Part shown: positions 13,952 through 26,641 of the stretch, one piece after another
Layout: each line of letters starts with the position of its first letter
Numbering within the stretch: the first letter of the stretch is position 1
Assembly (NCBI RefSeq): GCF_006345805.1
Contig: NC_042997.1
Span: forward strand, 25,420,001-25,484,000
Direction of reading: 5' to 3'
Source: Octopus sinensis
Taxonomy: Eukaryota
Length of the DNA stretch: 64,000 nt
Position numbers and translations under genes: made by a program
Notes under the pieces: model-generated
Told to the model about the DNA's origin: nothing
The model's input: the letters and a program-made list of their open reading frames with translations, nothing else
The model's database searches: none

Positions 13952-14486
13952 TCTCACTGTGTCTCTCTCTCACTCTTTTCCATTACCCTCTGTCACACTC
14001 ACTCGCTATTTATCTATATGTCTCTCTCACTTTCTCGAATCGTATTTCGACAATGTGTCTGTTGTCCGTCCTTTTTCTCATTGAAAGCGGTCGAAATTGA
14101 ATTTGCCTCTTAAACAGAAAACCGCTTACAACAAGTAATAGTCATTTTTACCACAACTTTCTCTCAATATAACTTTCACGCCGCCACTGCCGTTAGCGCC
14201 ATAATTATCACCACTCACGCCACGACACCGCCATCAGCCACACACCACGATTGCCACCAACATCACTATCACCCTCACCTCACCACCACCACCACCGCTA
14301 CATACAAAACCAAGACCACATACATCACAACAACCATTACTATTATCATCATGATTTGTCATTATTATCCTCCACTGATTCAATTTAATCGGGAGTAGAT
14401 TATCGGAGACTCTACTACAATTTTAATCCAGTTTAAGCGGTTATGTATTCCTAGTTATCACCTTGTTATAACAGAAAACGAAAACG

Positions 14487-14594
<108 letters not shown>

Positions 14595-14880
14595 CATTAT
14601 TGTTTTTGTTGTTGTTGTTGTTGTTGTTGTAATAATATGTACAATAATTGTAATTATTGTCTGATAATTTTTTGAGATAGGCACATAGCCTTCTTATTAA
14701 TATACGAAAGCAAGAATGATAGATAGGATTTCGTGATGTTCATGTAGAAATTTTTAAATATCAAAATATATGTTTTCAAAAACAAGAAATCACGTCTTGA
14801 TTGAAATATGTGAACATATTATAGAAGAATATATATTTGTGTGTGTGTAAAGATAAATACTTAAATATACAGATATGCGT

Positions 14881-15180
14881 GAAGACGGTGGCTTAGTGGC
14901 TAGGGCATTTGGCACACGATAGCAAGGTCGTGAGTTCATTTCCCAACGACGCGTTATGTCTTGAGCAAGACGCATTATTTCACGTTGGTCCACTCTACTC
15001 AGCTGGAAAAAAAATGAGTAGTACATGTATTTCAAAGGGCCAGTCTTGTCACACTGTGTGCCACGTTGAATCTTCCTGAGAACTACTTCAAGGGTAGACG
15101 TGTCTATAGAGTGCACAGCCACTTGCACGTTAATTTCACGAGCAAGCTTTTACGTTGATCGTATCAGACGGAGTGCTCCT
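14881..15180 (+). mobile_element. Diverged tRNA-derived SINE (family D-like head, family C-like tail)
   Basis: A/B-box-like head gtggcttagtgg...gtgagttc, then gtcttgagcaagac...ctcagctg, then a tail shared with 19411-19795. Confidence 0.75.
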
Positions 15181-15245
15181 ATAGATATGCATTTGTACAT
15201 GCATCTGTCTACCTATTTATCTTTTTATCTCTTGTATTTATAATA

Positions 15246-15631
15246 TACTAGCAGTATTGCCCGGCGTTGCTCAGGTTTGTAAGGGAAATAACTATAAAGC
15301 ATTTTTAGAGAGTTATAGCCAAAAAATAGCAAAAAAATGGAAAAAAATGATGGTAAATTTTTTTTGAGATTTAAAAAAGGTGGAGTTGCGTCCCCTAGAC
15401 AGTTTGTGGTTCGTGTTTCTGATTCTCGACCCCATGTGGAATTTATCGATTTTTTTCAGAACTGGAGGAACTTTTCAAAATTTTCGCTGCGTTAGTTTTG
15501 ATTATGACATTGGGCTATGTGTGTGTCAAGTTTCATCAGAATCGGTTGAAAGCCGTGGTCAGGGTGAGGGTGCAAGCAAACAGACACACAGAAACACGCA
15601 CAGACAAACTGCCGTTTATATATAGAGAGAT
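15246..15631 (+). mobile_element. Non-autonomous Helitron/Helentron-like element
   Basis: Starts TACTAGC...gcccggcgttgc and ends aagtttcatcagaatcgg...acagacacacagaaacacgcacagacaaactgccgtttatatatagag. This is the DINE-1/Lep1-type architecture, recognised from family knowledge. Confidence 0.7.
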
Positions 15632-15643
15632 AACGATAAACGT

Positions 15644-15942
15644 CGCCATTTTCAAGCCTAGCCTGGCTCATGGGCCCAGTTTCCCGGTTTCTGTGGCGTA
15701 TGTGTTCCTCCCAGCTGGAGGGGACGCTAGTCCAACGCAGCGTTACTCAAAAAACAAGAAGAGTGAGTGAGAGAAAGTTGTGGCGAAAGAGTACAAGAGG
15801 GGTCCCCCCCCCCTGACGGAGCCTCGTGTAACTTTTAGGTGTTTTCGCTCAATAAACACACACAACGCCCGGTCATGGAATCGAAACCATGATCCCCCGA
15901 CCGCGATCCGCTGCCCTAACCACTGGGCCATTGCGCCTCCAC
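15644..15942 (-). mobile_element. SINE family C head with alternative tail
   Basis: Head gtggaggcgcaatggcccagtggttagggcagcgg...; tail gctgcgttggactagcgtcc...gccacagaaaccggg. Confidence 0.85.
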
Positions 15943-16488
15943 TTTTATAACATATACGTACATGAATTTGTGTTGCAGAATTCTTGATGTGGAACCGTGT
16001 GTTGAAGTAGATATTGTTATATTTCGGGACGGTCATTTATTGCCAAATAAACACACGCACTATATATTCGTTCTTCAATCTATTATTATTGTTCTTATTT
16101 TATCTATGTCCATTGTCTGGAAATCCTTCTTTACTCATTTGTGCCCTCTTCGACGACCCTTTCCATCCACGCGTATCCCCCTGCTCCGTCCAGTCCATTC
16201 TATCCTATGGATGTGTGTCCCTATCAGCACGGGCGTTTGCATTTGTATCTGCTTGTGCTCGCGCGCGTGTGTGTACGAACAACAACAACCACGACGGCAG
16301 CAACATAAACGAAAACAGATACAGTTAAATACGAGAACTAAATCAAAATAAGGCTCAAGAAAAGCAACAGCAGCAACAGAAAAGAAAACGTAGGAGACTG
16401 GATGGTCAACATACCGTACCACTAAGAACAGCGGCAATAGCGGTAACAACAACTAAATAAAGAGCCCGGATACAAACAGCGTAGTATA

Positions 16489-16712
16489 AGGCGGCGAGCT
16501 GGCAGAACCGGGCGAAATGCTTAGCGGTATTTCGTCTGCCCCCTACGTTCTGAGTTCAAATTCCGCCGAGGTCGACTTTGCCCCTCATCCTTTCGGGGTC
16601 TAGTAAATAAGTACCAGTTACGCACTGGGGTCAATATAATCGACTTAATCCGTTTGTCTGTTCTTGTTTGACCTCTTTGTGTTTAACCCCTTCTGGGCAA
16701 TAAAGAAATAAG
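16489..16712 (+). mobile_element. SINE family B
   Basis: aggcggcgagctggcagaa...gttctgagttcaaattccgccgaggtcgac...aaagaaataa. Confidence 0.9.
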
Positions 16713-16895
16713 AAACATATTTAGGGTGCTGTGTCCTAAACAGCCCTTAATCTAGAATATATTTCGGTGACCTCTCGTTCAACCGCTTACCATTGTCTTA
16801 TCGTAATTACTCACTACTAAAGCAACTAATATCAGTTCTACTACAATTATTACAACTATTGATGGCAATGATGATGACAATTACTAATTGCTGAG

Positions 16896-17300
16896 CCTCT
16901 CTGTGTTTAGTCTGTCGTGGGTAGTAAAGAAATAGGTGATTCGTCTGCCCATACGTTCTGAGTTCAAATTCCGCCGAGGTCGACTTTGCCTCTCATCCTT
17001 TCGGGGTCGATTAAATAAGTACCAGTTACGCACTGGGGTCGATATAATCGATTTAATCCGTTTGTCTGTCCTTGTTTGTCCTCTCTGTGTTTAGTCTGTC
17101 GTGGGTAGTAAAGAAATAGGTGATTCGTCTGCGGTTACGTTCTGAGTTCAAATCCCGTGAGTTCGACTTTGCCTTTCATCCTTTCGGGGTCGATAAATTA
17201 AGTACCAGTTACGCATTGGGTCGATGTGTTCGACTTAATCCCTTTGTGTGTCCTTGTTTGTCCCCTCTGTGTTTAGTCCCTTGTGGGCAATAAAGAAATA
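16896..17300 (+). repeat. Head-to-tail tandem of headless SINE B units, 184-bp period
   Basis: Junction aaagaaatag|gtgattcgtc at 16935/16936 and again at 17119/17120. Confidence 0.9.
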
Positions 17301-17395
17301 ACAAACAGCGTGGTGGACAAGCTTATATAAACACGAATAAGCACAAATACAAAACACATAGACACACGTACGCACGCATATGCAAGCTCGTGCTT

Positions 17396-17466
<71 letters not shown>

Positions 17467-17469
17467 CTC

Positions 17470-19150
17470 CTGTCTCATTTACTTAAAGTATTTAAAATAG
17501 TTGTGAGATGGAGAATAACTGGCGTTTTGCAGGGTAATTATCACCTAAATTCCAGCTTCCATGGGTCAAAAACTAATATTATATACCTACACTTAAGCAC
17601 TTCAGATATTATATACCTGCACTTCAGCAAAGTCTTCGATGTGGTCGATCACATTATCCTACTCTTAAAATTAACCAACATTGGTATCCATTAAAGCTAC
17701 TCGTCTCCCTTATCAAGCCTACCCAGGCTCATGGGCCCGGTCTCCCGGTTTCTGTGGCATATGTGTTCCCCCCAGCTGGACAGGACTCCAGTCCATCGCA
17801 GCGTTATTCAAGAAACAGGAAGAGAGAATGAGAGAGTACAACAGGAGTGCCCCCCCCCCGCCGGAGCCTCGTGGAACTTTTAGGTGTTTTCGCTCAATAA
17901 ACACACACAACGCGCGGTCATGGAATCGAAGCCGCAATCCCCCGAACTCGAATTCAAACTACTGCATTCCCTATATTTTGTTTAATGCAACTCAGTATGT
18001 TGTGATCAGTGGAATCTACTGTAGCCCAACAAAAATCATTAGTGGTGTACCTTAACGGATGGTTTGGGGCCGCTTGCTTTAAAGTGTATATATATATATA
18101 TATATAATATATATATATATATACATATATACATATATATATATGTATGTATGTATGTGTGTCCCCCATATGCTATTATGCGCAACAAAAAATATATTTG
18201 TAGAAGAACCTTATCTTGTAAACTTATCATTAGAATCTAATCTACATATCTACATATTCTAATTCAATGGGAATGGGGAGAGGATGCACATGGTGCTAAA
18301 TGAGGGGTAATTTGAATTCATGCGCTTCAGAAAAGATCATGTGCTCAAATATTCATACTTTCTTAATTTAGGAGAACCATTCAAGGTATACAACAATATC
18401 AGAGACTTAGGTGCGTTTTCAAGAATCTCAGCTGGTGCTGTTATCGCTCGCAAAGTAGTCTCCCCCAAAACTTTCCAGTCCAGAGAGCCAAACGTCGTCA
18501 TATCTCTTCGTAATATACCTTTGTACAGTCATACATGGAATATTGTTCCTTGCTGGCGCTTCCCCAATACAAAAGGAAACACTACGAAAATTGTGGCAGC
18601 CCAGGAAGAAAACATAACGATAAAAATATTTGAAAGAAATGACATAACCTATCTTGATTATTGGGGCCATTTAAAAAAAAAAATTTAATTCTTTTCCCCT
18701 CCTACGCCAATATGAGATCTACATAATTTCCATAATATTTAGCAAATAACCACTTCCTTGACAAAACGGCCTGGACATCATATTTACAGTTCATCGAAGG
18801 CAGGATTCCGTGCCATAGGATCCTTACACAGATCACCATCAAAACGTATAATTACTTTGAAACACAATTACTTTTCCGCAACAAGCCCTGCTCTATTTAA
18901 CTTTATCCAAAAATAAATCGCAGAAGAAAAAGATCCCACAATCATCAGACAATATCGAGATAAATTTCTTCAAGGGATATAAGAGAAACCAGCTATACAT
19001 GGATATATCTCAGTGAACAACAAGTCTATTCTTAAATGAGTTATGATACCACAAAACTAGACATAAAAGTGATTTATCAAGGCGTACTAGAAAATCACAC
19101 CATGGCCAGAGCCAATTTTGACTGAAGCAGTTCTAAATCTACCTAAATTT
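17470..19150 (+). mobile_element. Degraded CR1-like LINE (RT to 3' end), interrupted by a SINE and (TA)n
   Basis: DIIYLHFSKVFDVVDHIILLLKL (RT motif, cf. YLDFAKAFD); QYVVISG...IISGVP near 18030; CR1-type C-terminal remnants; 3' stem-loop-like end near 19100-19150. Confidence 0.8.
17712..17945 (-). mobile_element. SINE family C (alternative tail), nested in the CR1
   Basis: Homologous to 15644-15942. Confidence 0.85.
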
Positions 19151-19410
19151 ATCATTTGCATTGTCAAATCTTCAGGGATACAGAACATACCTGACTGGTT
19201 ATAGCGTTGCGATCACTGGTAACGCAACAGAACTCTTTATATCCCAGTATATAATACGGGAAGTCACAAGAGGGACTCGTACAATAGTCCACGTACCATT
19301 CCTTGGAATCCGCAATTCATTATATCAGAGACCATTTATAGAAAACAAAATAAAATCGAAAAGTTTATTTACTAATTACTACAAGGATATCTTCAGTTTT
19401 GATCCTATAT

Positions 19411-19795
19411 GTGGAAGCACTCCGTCGGTTACGACGATGAGGGTTCCGGTTGATCCGACCAACGGAACAGCCTGCTCGTGAAATTAACGTGTAAGTGGCT
19501 GAGCACTCCACAGACACGTGTACCCTTAACGTAGTTCTCGGGGATATTCAGCGTGACACAGAGAGTGACAAGGCCGGCCCTTTGAAATACAGGTACAACA
19601 GAAACAGGAAGTAAGAGTGAGAGAAAGTTGTGGTGAAAGAGTACAGCTGGGATCACCACCATCCCCTGCTGGAGCCTCGTGGAGCTTTAGGTGTTTTCGC
19701 TCAATAAACACTCACAACGCCCGGTCTGGGAATCGAAACCGCGATCCTACAACCGCGAGTCCGCTGCCCTAACCACTGGGCCATTGCGCCTCCAC
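19411..19795 (-). mobile_element. Full-length SINE family C with 14-bp TSD
   Basis: TSD ttttgatcctatat at 19397-19410 and 19796-19809; tRNA-like head; tail ending atcgtcgtaaccgacggagtgcttcc. Confidence 0.95.
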
Positions 19796-20138
19796 TTTTG
19801 ATCCTATATACTCTGAAACACGCCGAACTGTGGAATCCAATGAAATTATTGATGGACTATATGTAAATAACTGAAGGCAAACCGTGATGAAGGCTATGTA
19901 TCAGTTCACTGGAAACCACAGACGAGTAAATCACGGACGACATGTATATAAATAAAACAGGATAGATTGTTTGTTGAATTTTAGATTATTCAAATCAAAT
20001 GATAGATGAGCTGTAATCCGAGTTCTCACGTTTTCCCTTCAGATATAAGGGAATACACGCGTGCAATTTAAAATGAAATCGAAGTGTGCATACACACACA
20101 CACACACACAAACACAAACACGCACACACACACACTCA

Positions 20139-20185
<47 letters not shown>

Positions 20186-20418
20186 CACTACGCTCACACA
20201 CACACACATGTATGAGTGTATATGCACGCGAGTGATTGCGTGATTGTTCACTCTGTATGTGTGGTTGTAAATGTTTACATGTTTATGTATACGTGTCTGT
20301 GAGGATATGCCTATCACTGATGTCAAACATTCTCAGTTGAGGAATTATAGTAATACCTCTAATTTAAAACTGAAGTCCTTAAGGTGTGTCACTACTGATA
20401 ATAATAATAATAATAATA

Positions 20419-20459
<41 letters not shown>

Positions 20460-20779
20460 TAATAATAATAATAATAATAATAATAAATTAAAATTTAAAA
20501 AACTCCTATCCGAAAGGAACATGATCAAGAACTATATTTATTTTATGTCATACAAATATCGTACCAATTATAAAAGTAAGACCAGAGGCTTCATAAAAAT
20601 ACGGGTAGTGAGATATCCTAAAATCTTGACGCTTCATGTAACTTTATGGGGGGATGTTCGGAAGTTACTAGAAAGAATAAATGCCTGACAGTTTCGGCGC
20701 ATATCCAAGGTTTCGATATTTTCCTTACTAAATCTAGCATAAATATGAATAATATGAATAATATGAAATATGAATAATA

Positions 20780-21192
20780 GGCGCAGGAGTGGCTGTGTGG
20801 TAAGTAGCTTGCTAACCAACCACATGGTTCCGGGTTCAGTCCCACTGCGTGACATCTTGGGCAAGTGTCTTCTGCTATAGCCTCGGGCCGACCAATGCCT
20901 TGTGAGTGGATTTGGTAGACGGAAACTGAAAGAAGCCTGTCGTATATATGTATATATATATATGTGTGTATGTGTGTTTATATGTTTGTGTTTGTCCCCC
21001 CCCCAACATCGCTTGACAACCGATGCTGGTGTGTTTACGTCCCCGTCACTTAGCGGTTCGGCAAAAGAGACCGATAGAATAAGTACTGGGCTTACAAAGA
21101 ATAAGTCCCGGGGGCGATTTGCTCGACTAAACGGCGGTGCTCCAGCATGGCCGCAGTCAAATGACTGAAACAAGTAAAAGAGTAAAAGAGTA
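20780..21192 (+). mobile_element. Full-length SINE family A
   Basis: ggcgcaggagtggctgtgtggtaag...ggttcagtccc, a MIR/CORE-like tcttgggcaagtgtctt, an internal (TA)(TG) tract, and a tail of (gtaaaaga)n. Confidence 0.93.
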
Positions 21193-21329
21193 AGAGTAAT
21201 ATATGCGGATCTTTAAAGAACATTGAACTTGTGATCAACACAGGAGTTTTGAAACGATTTTTCTACGAAATAATTATCCTACGGATAGGTATAGTGTTAT
21301 TGGTTAAGTGGTAAAGAGTGGTACGTTTG

Positions 21330-21552
21330 TGTTATGTCGCAATACTACACAGTGGCTGTGTGAGCATCTCATCCTCGTCGCCACTGTTATGTCGCAAGTT
21401 CGGAAGCCTTCGACTCAACTCTGCTCTTATCTCTGACTGATATTCAATTCGACTCCTACTCTACTCTGTTCTAGTCTTGACGTCTAGGCTTCTCTCGCTA
21501 TATCTACGTATTGGGCTAGCCTACTTCATCGTCTGGGGGCGTCCACACAACA
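21330..21552 (+). mobile_element. Solo LTR
   Basis: TGTT...AACA termini; flanks gtttg/gttgg (4 of 5 match, TSD-like); homologous to 34355-34841. Confidence 0.7.
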
Positions 21553-22010
21553 GTTGGTCATCTACCGGATATTGAATTCAATAACTGGGTTAGTCAAGTT
21601 TTACGTAGCCTGGGTAATTCAAGCTAGCGGCATCACAGGTTGTATTGAAATTAAAGAGGAAAGCATCCTCGATATCTTCATAGCAAGTGTAATCAATACC
21701 AGCGGATTTTATATGGGCTTGGTTCCAATGCTTCCAAATTCACAGAATATAACGAATATGATAGGAACCTGTAGACAAAAGCGTCAGTAATTTATAGCGG
21801 TAGTAACCCATACTGAAAAACAAAGAAAACAAATATATCAGTGTGTGTATGTGTGTCTGCGTGTGTGTACATATATATGTGCAAAAATATAAGTGTGGTT
21901 GTAGTTATTTAAATATGTAGCCATATATACACATATACATGCACACAATTTAGGATTGCATAATATATACATCTATCTATCTATCTATCCATCCATCCAT
22001 CCATCCATCC

Positions 22011-22066
<56 letters not shown>

Positions 22067-22160
22067 GTTTATCTATCTATCTATCTATCTATCTACCTAT
22101 CTATCTACCTATCTATCTATCTATCTTTAATATATTTATCTATATTATAAATACACGAAC

Positions 22161-22308
22161 ACACACTTAGATATTTATATAAAGTATATAAAGTATATAT
22201 ATAAGTGTATGTTTGCACATATATCTATATTATAATTACACAAACACACACTTAGATATTTATATAAAGTATATAAAGTATATATATGAGTGTACGTTTG
22301 CACATATA
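22161..22308. repeat. Local tandem duplication, about 84-bp period
   Basis: acacacttagatatttatataaagtatataaagtatatat...gtttgcacatatat occurs twice. Confidence 0.85.
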
Positions 22309-23502
22309 TTTTCATGAAATGGCCATTTCGTTTTAGTTATTCCAGGAATGACAGATACTCGAACAATTTAAGTAAATCACAGAAGACATTAATATCTTGA
22401 TGTAAATATACTTTATATTTAATATATAAAGAGAAACTGAAGAATTTTAAAACTACTATTCTCATACGCAAAGTATGTGTTGTATAGCATATGTATGTAT
22501 GTATGTACGTATGTATGTATGTATGTATGTATAAATATAACTATGGATATTCTTTTATATATAAGTCTGTGTATGTGTATGTTTATGCAGATAGGTACAT
22601 AGATTACATACACACATTTGCGAATATATTATCATAGGTAATACCTATAGAAGTGGCCAAATTATCTTTTAGGTGTATCCGTGTAGGCCAGGTATTAAGG
22701 ATATATGTAACCTGTTTTACTCTGTTGAAAGTCTATTTATCTTCAAATTTCATTCATTAAATATAAAATAAAATAACATGAAACGTAACATCTGCGGAGC
22801 GACGAAGATTCTATGAATCTTCGGAACAGTTGGAATTTATTAGTTTACAGCTTTCTTATATCGGGGAAGAATTTATAACCATAATTTACTTTTCATTTAT
22901 TTCTTCCACCCTATATATATATTTATTTCTTTATATATTTCTTTATTACTTTTACTCTTTTAAGAAGCTCTGCAATGCTAAGTTATAAGGGAGGGGATTT
23001 TTCATAGAACTCATCTCAACGAAGGTCTGTTATTGATAGTTGTAATTTCAATTGAATATTTACTATGTATGTGTGTGAGTATTTTTTATATTTTCTTATG
23101 TATGTTTGTATCCATACACACACACATATCATATATATATATATATACCCTTTCTTCAACCTGAGCAGGTGAAATATTAGCAGTTCACCTCCTTGTATTT
23201 TTATATTACAGTGCACACACTCACATACGTATATATATACATACATGCAAATATATGTCTGCGTATATAGAATGCATAAATATATTTGTGTGTGCGTGTG
23301 TGTTTGAATATATGTGTCTACATTTGAAAGTATTTCTTCCCAGGAAAGTTATATGAACATAAGAGATTACTTACCTTCAAAATGACAAAAGTTATTCTTG
23401 AGCTGACTCAATGGGTAACACCTGGCGCCCTAACTGCAAAAACTCATTATTTCTGTCGACTGTACTTCATAATAATAATATATATATATGTATATATATA
23501 AT

Positions 23503-23564
<62 letters not shown>

Positions 23565-24258
23565 CGTATTATATGCATTATATTTTCTCTAATTTTATTT
23601 TACTTATTTCACAGCATAAATCATTTTCTTCTTTGCTTCAGTTTTTAATAGTCAATATATCGTTTTGCATTCAAGCTTTCTATTATGGAATGATATATAT
23701 ATATATATATATATATATAATACACACGCACACATACACACACACACACACATATATATATATATGTGTGTGTGTGTATTATATAAATTTTTTGCCTGAA
23801 ATTTTTTGCAACCTTCGATATTTCTCAGATTCATGTGCAAGAAATAATTCGCATATACATACATTCAGCAAGGGCCTACTGAGTCATATATACAGAGCTT
23901 TCATCATAAATGTACACGGGGTACGCTCCAAGTTATAGTATCCAACATACTTAAATCAAATTCCAGCTCAGGGAAAAAAATATGACTGTAAGATCGGCGA
24001 TAATCAGGGTCAAAATATCTGGAATGACACCTCTATATATCTGTATATGAAGATACACACACACGCACACACACACACAGATGCACACGCACACGTACAC
24101 CAAAATATTTACGCACATAAATACACTTACATAAACACACATACATTCCCAAACATACACTTGCATGCACAAACACACACAATAAAGGGTGACGGAAGGA
24201 GGAAAAAAGAGAGATATCTCATGGATAAACAAGAAAAATAAAATATGGATATAACTCG

Positions 24259-24648
24259 TTTACTCTTTTATTTTTTCAGTCATTTGACTGCGGCCATGCT
24301 GGAGCACCGCCTTTAGTCGAGCAAATCGACTCCAGGACTTATCCTTTGGAAGCATACTACTTATTCTACCGGTCCTTTCTTTCGAACCGCTAAGTTACGA
24401 GGACGTAAACATACCAGCATCGGTTGTCAAGCGATGTTGGCGGGACAAACATAGACACACAAATTTATACACACACATACATATATGCGACGGGCTACTT
24501 TCAGTTTCCGCCAACGAAATCCACTCACAAGGCTTTGATCGGTCCGATGCTATAGTAGAAAACACTTGCCCAAGGTGCCACGCAGTGGGACCAAACCCGG
24601 AACCATGTGGTTGGTAAGCAAGCTATCTACCACACAGCCACTCCTGCG
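24259..24648 (-). mobile_element. SINE family A
   Basis: Reverse complement of family A. Confidence 0.9.
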
Positions 24649-25328
24649 ATTATATGTATACTTTTTACGGGTAAAGTTGACTGACAAAATAACAAACAAG
24701 CAAAAACTAATTATCTGCATCGCAATTAGTTAACAATATATATATGTTCTGCTGTGCGTGCGTGTTGGTGTCTGTCTGTATATATATAGATCGTTAATAA
24801 CACGACTATGTACCCGTTTCTTTCCTTTTTGTTTTTTGTTTTTTTTTTGTTTTTGGTTTACTTCCGGAGTTATCATTTATTCGCATGATGTTTTTACAGG
24901 TGAGTCGAGTTTGAATAAAACTTGCGTAGAAGTAAATCTGTTCCCTATGTATACGAACGCGTGCTCGTGCGCACGCACACACACACATACGTGTGTCTAG
25001 TGATGATGGTAGTCAACCGTAGTCCGAGAAAGACGGCCCTACTATTTCCTCACGAACGATCTGCACAAATGATTGGTTTATAGCGGTCAAATGTAGTGAT
25101 CAAATGTATGTTGCTGTACATTAGATCTCTCCTCTATCGGATGTACCGTACATCAGTTATCGAAAAGATCGTAGAGGAGAGTGACATGGCAGATTCTACT
25201 CAAGATCACAATGCACTCAAGGAGCTGAGTGTAGCAATCGTGAGTGTGACACCTTAAGTATTAAATATGCTTCCCCACCCGACACACATAAATCATATAA
25301 TAGATGACTCCACAATGCCCTTGTGCCA

Positions 25329-25735
25329 TTTACTCTTTACTCTTTTACTTGTTTCAGTCATTTGACTGCGACCATGCTGGAGCACCGCCTTTAATCGAGC
25401 AACTCGACCCCGGGACTTATTTTTTTGTAAGCCCAGTACTTATTCTATTGGTCTCTTTTGCCGAACCGCTAAGTAACGGGGACGTAAACACACCAGCATC
25501 GGTTGTCAAGCAATGCTAGGGGGATAAACACAGACACACAAACACACACACGCATATATATATATATACATATATACGACGGGCTTCTTTCAGTTTCCGT
25601 CTACCAAATCCACTCACAAGGCATTGGTCGGCCCGGGGCTATAGTAGAAGACACTTGCCCAAGATACCACGCAGTGGGACTGAACCATGTGGTTGGTTAG
25701 CAAGCTACTTACCACACAGCCACTCCTGCGCCTAT
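25329..25735 (-). mobile_element. SINE family A
   Basis: Reverse complement of family A, full length. Confidence 0.92.
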
Positions 25736-26289
25736 TTGATAAAAGTGTTTTTTATTAAAATCGGTCTATGAATATGTTGCCTTGTAGATTAACGGGATAA
25801 AACATACAGGAAGATTAGTTCTAATCATAAATAAAAGCTCTACTGATAAGGATTACGATTTTGCACTGTTTTTATATTGTTTTACAGCTTTTAGTTAGGA
25901 ATCAGTGGGTGAATTAATCCCGTTGTTCAAGCGATCACTGACTAATAATGGGAGCAAATCAGTAGCCATCAATACGTTCGCAGATTAAATGAATTCATGC
26001 CAACAAGATTGGTCGAAACATGCAATTTGCATCCACGGAGACTCCTGCGCGTGCTCACGTCTCCCCTAAGCACATGTGCAGGGAGACACACAACGGACAG
26101 CCACTCCTGTCAAAATTCTTACTACAACCTTAAGTGACACGAAGTCTAAACACACTTATACATAAACAGCCAGAACCACACACACACAGACACACACACG
26201 CACACACACACAACACACACACGCACATACACGTGCTATCATCACACACACACACAGACCTGCGCGCACGCACATACCCACACATACAC

Positions 26290-26568
26290 ACACGTACCTC
26301 CCTTTTCCTGCACTCTCCTGTCTTAGAAAGAAATTTATCTTCACCCATTCACTTCCTATCATTTCAATATGTGACCGTGTGTGTATCGTTGGCGATTTTC
26401 TTTCTCCGTCTTCCCTTCATTGGGCTTTTTCCATTTTTCTGATGAAGAGCTCCGCACCAAACGTGAAATTCTCTTTCTTTTCTTTCCTTTCCTGAGCGTC
26501 CAATAACACTGTACTTATTCCACGTCCCAGCGTTGTTGTTTTTTCTTCCTTGTTTGTGTTTGGATTGA

Positions 26569-26570
<2 letters not shown>
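26290..26570 (+). mobile_element. Penelope pLTR-like fragment with a degenerate hammerhead
   Basis: ctgatgaagagctccgcaccaaacgtg at 26439-26465 has CUGAUGA, but GAAA is mutated to CAAA; ends in (TA)n. Confidence 0.5.
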
Positions 26571-26628
<58 letters not shown>

Positions 26629-26641
26629 CAATAATAAATCT

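Noticed and set aside
16896-17300. Regularly spaced repeats considered as a CRISPR-like array
   Set aside because: The units are whole SINE-derived repeats with no unique spacers, in eukaryotic context with no cas genes.
20780-20860. tRNA-like A/B boxes at SINE heads
   Set aside because: No complete cloverleaf, and each continues into SINE body sequence; not tRNA genes.
20634-21173. Recurring ORFs such as MFQSFDCGHAGAPP..., MSGFGRRKLK..., MVVIPAVLFHH...
   Set aside because: They are read-throughs of multi-copy SINEs, not a gene family.
26020-26035. ATGCAATTTGCAT palindrome containing a minus-strand octamer motif
   Set aside because: A single short motif; expected by chance in 64 kb of AT-rich DNA.
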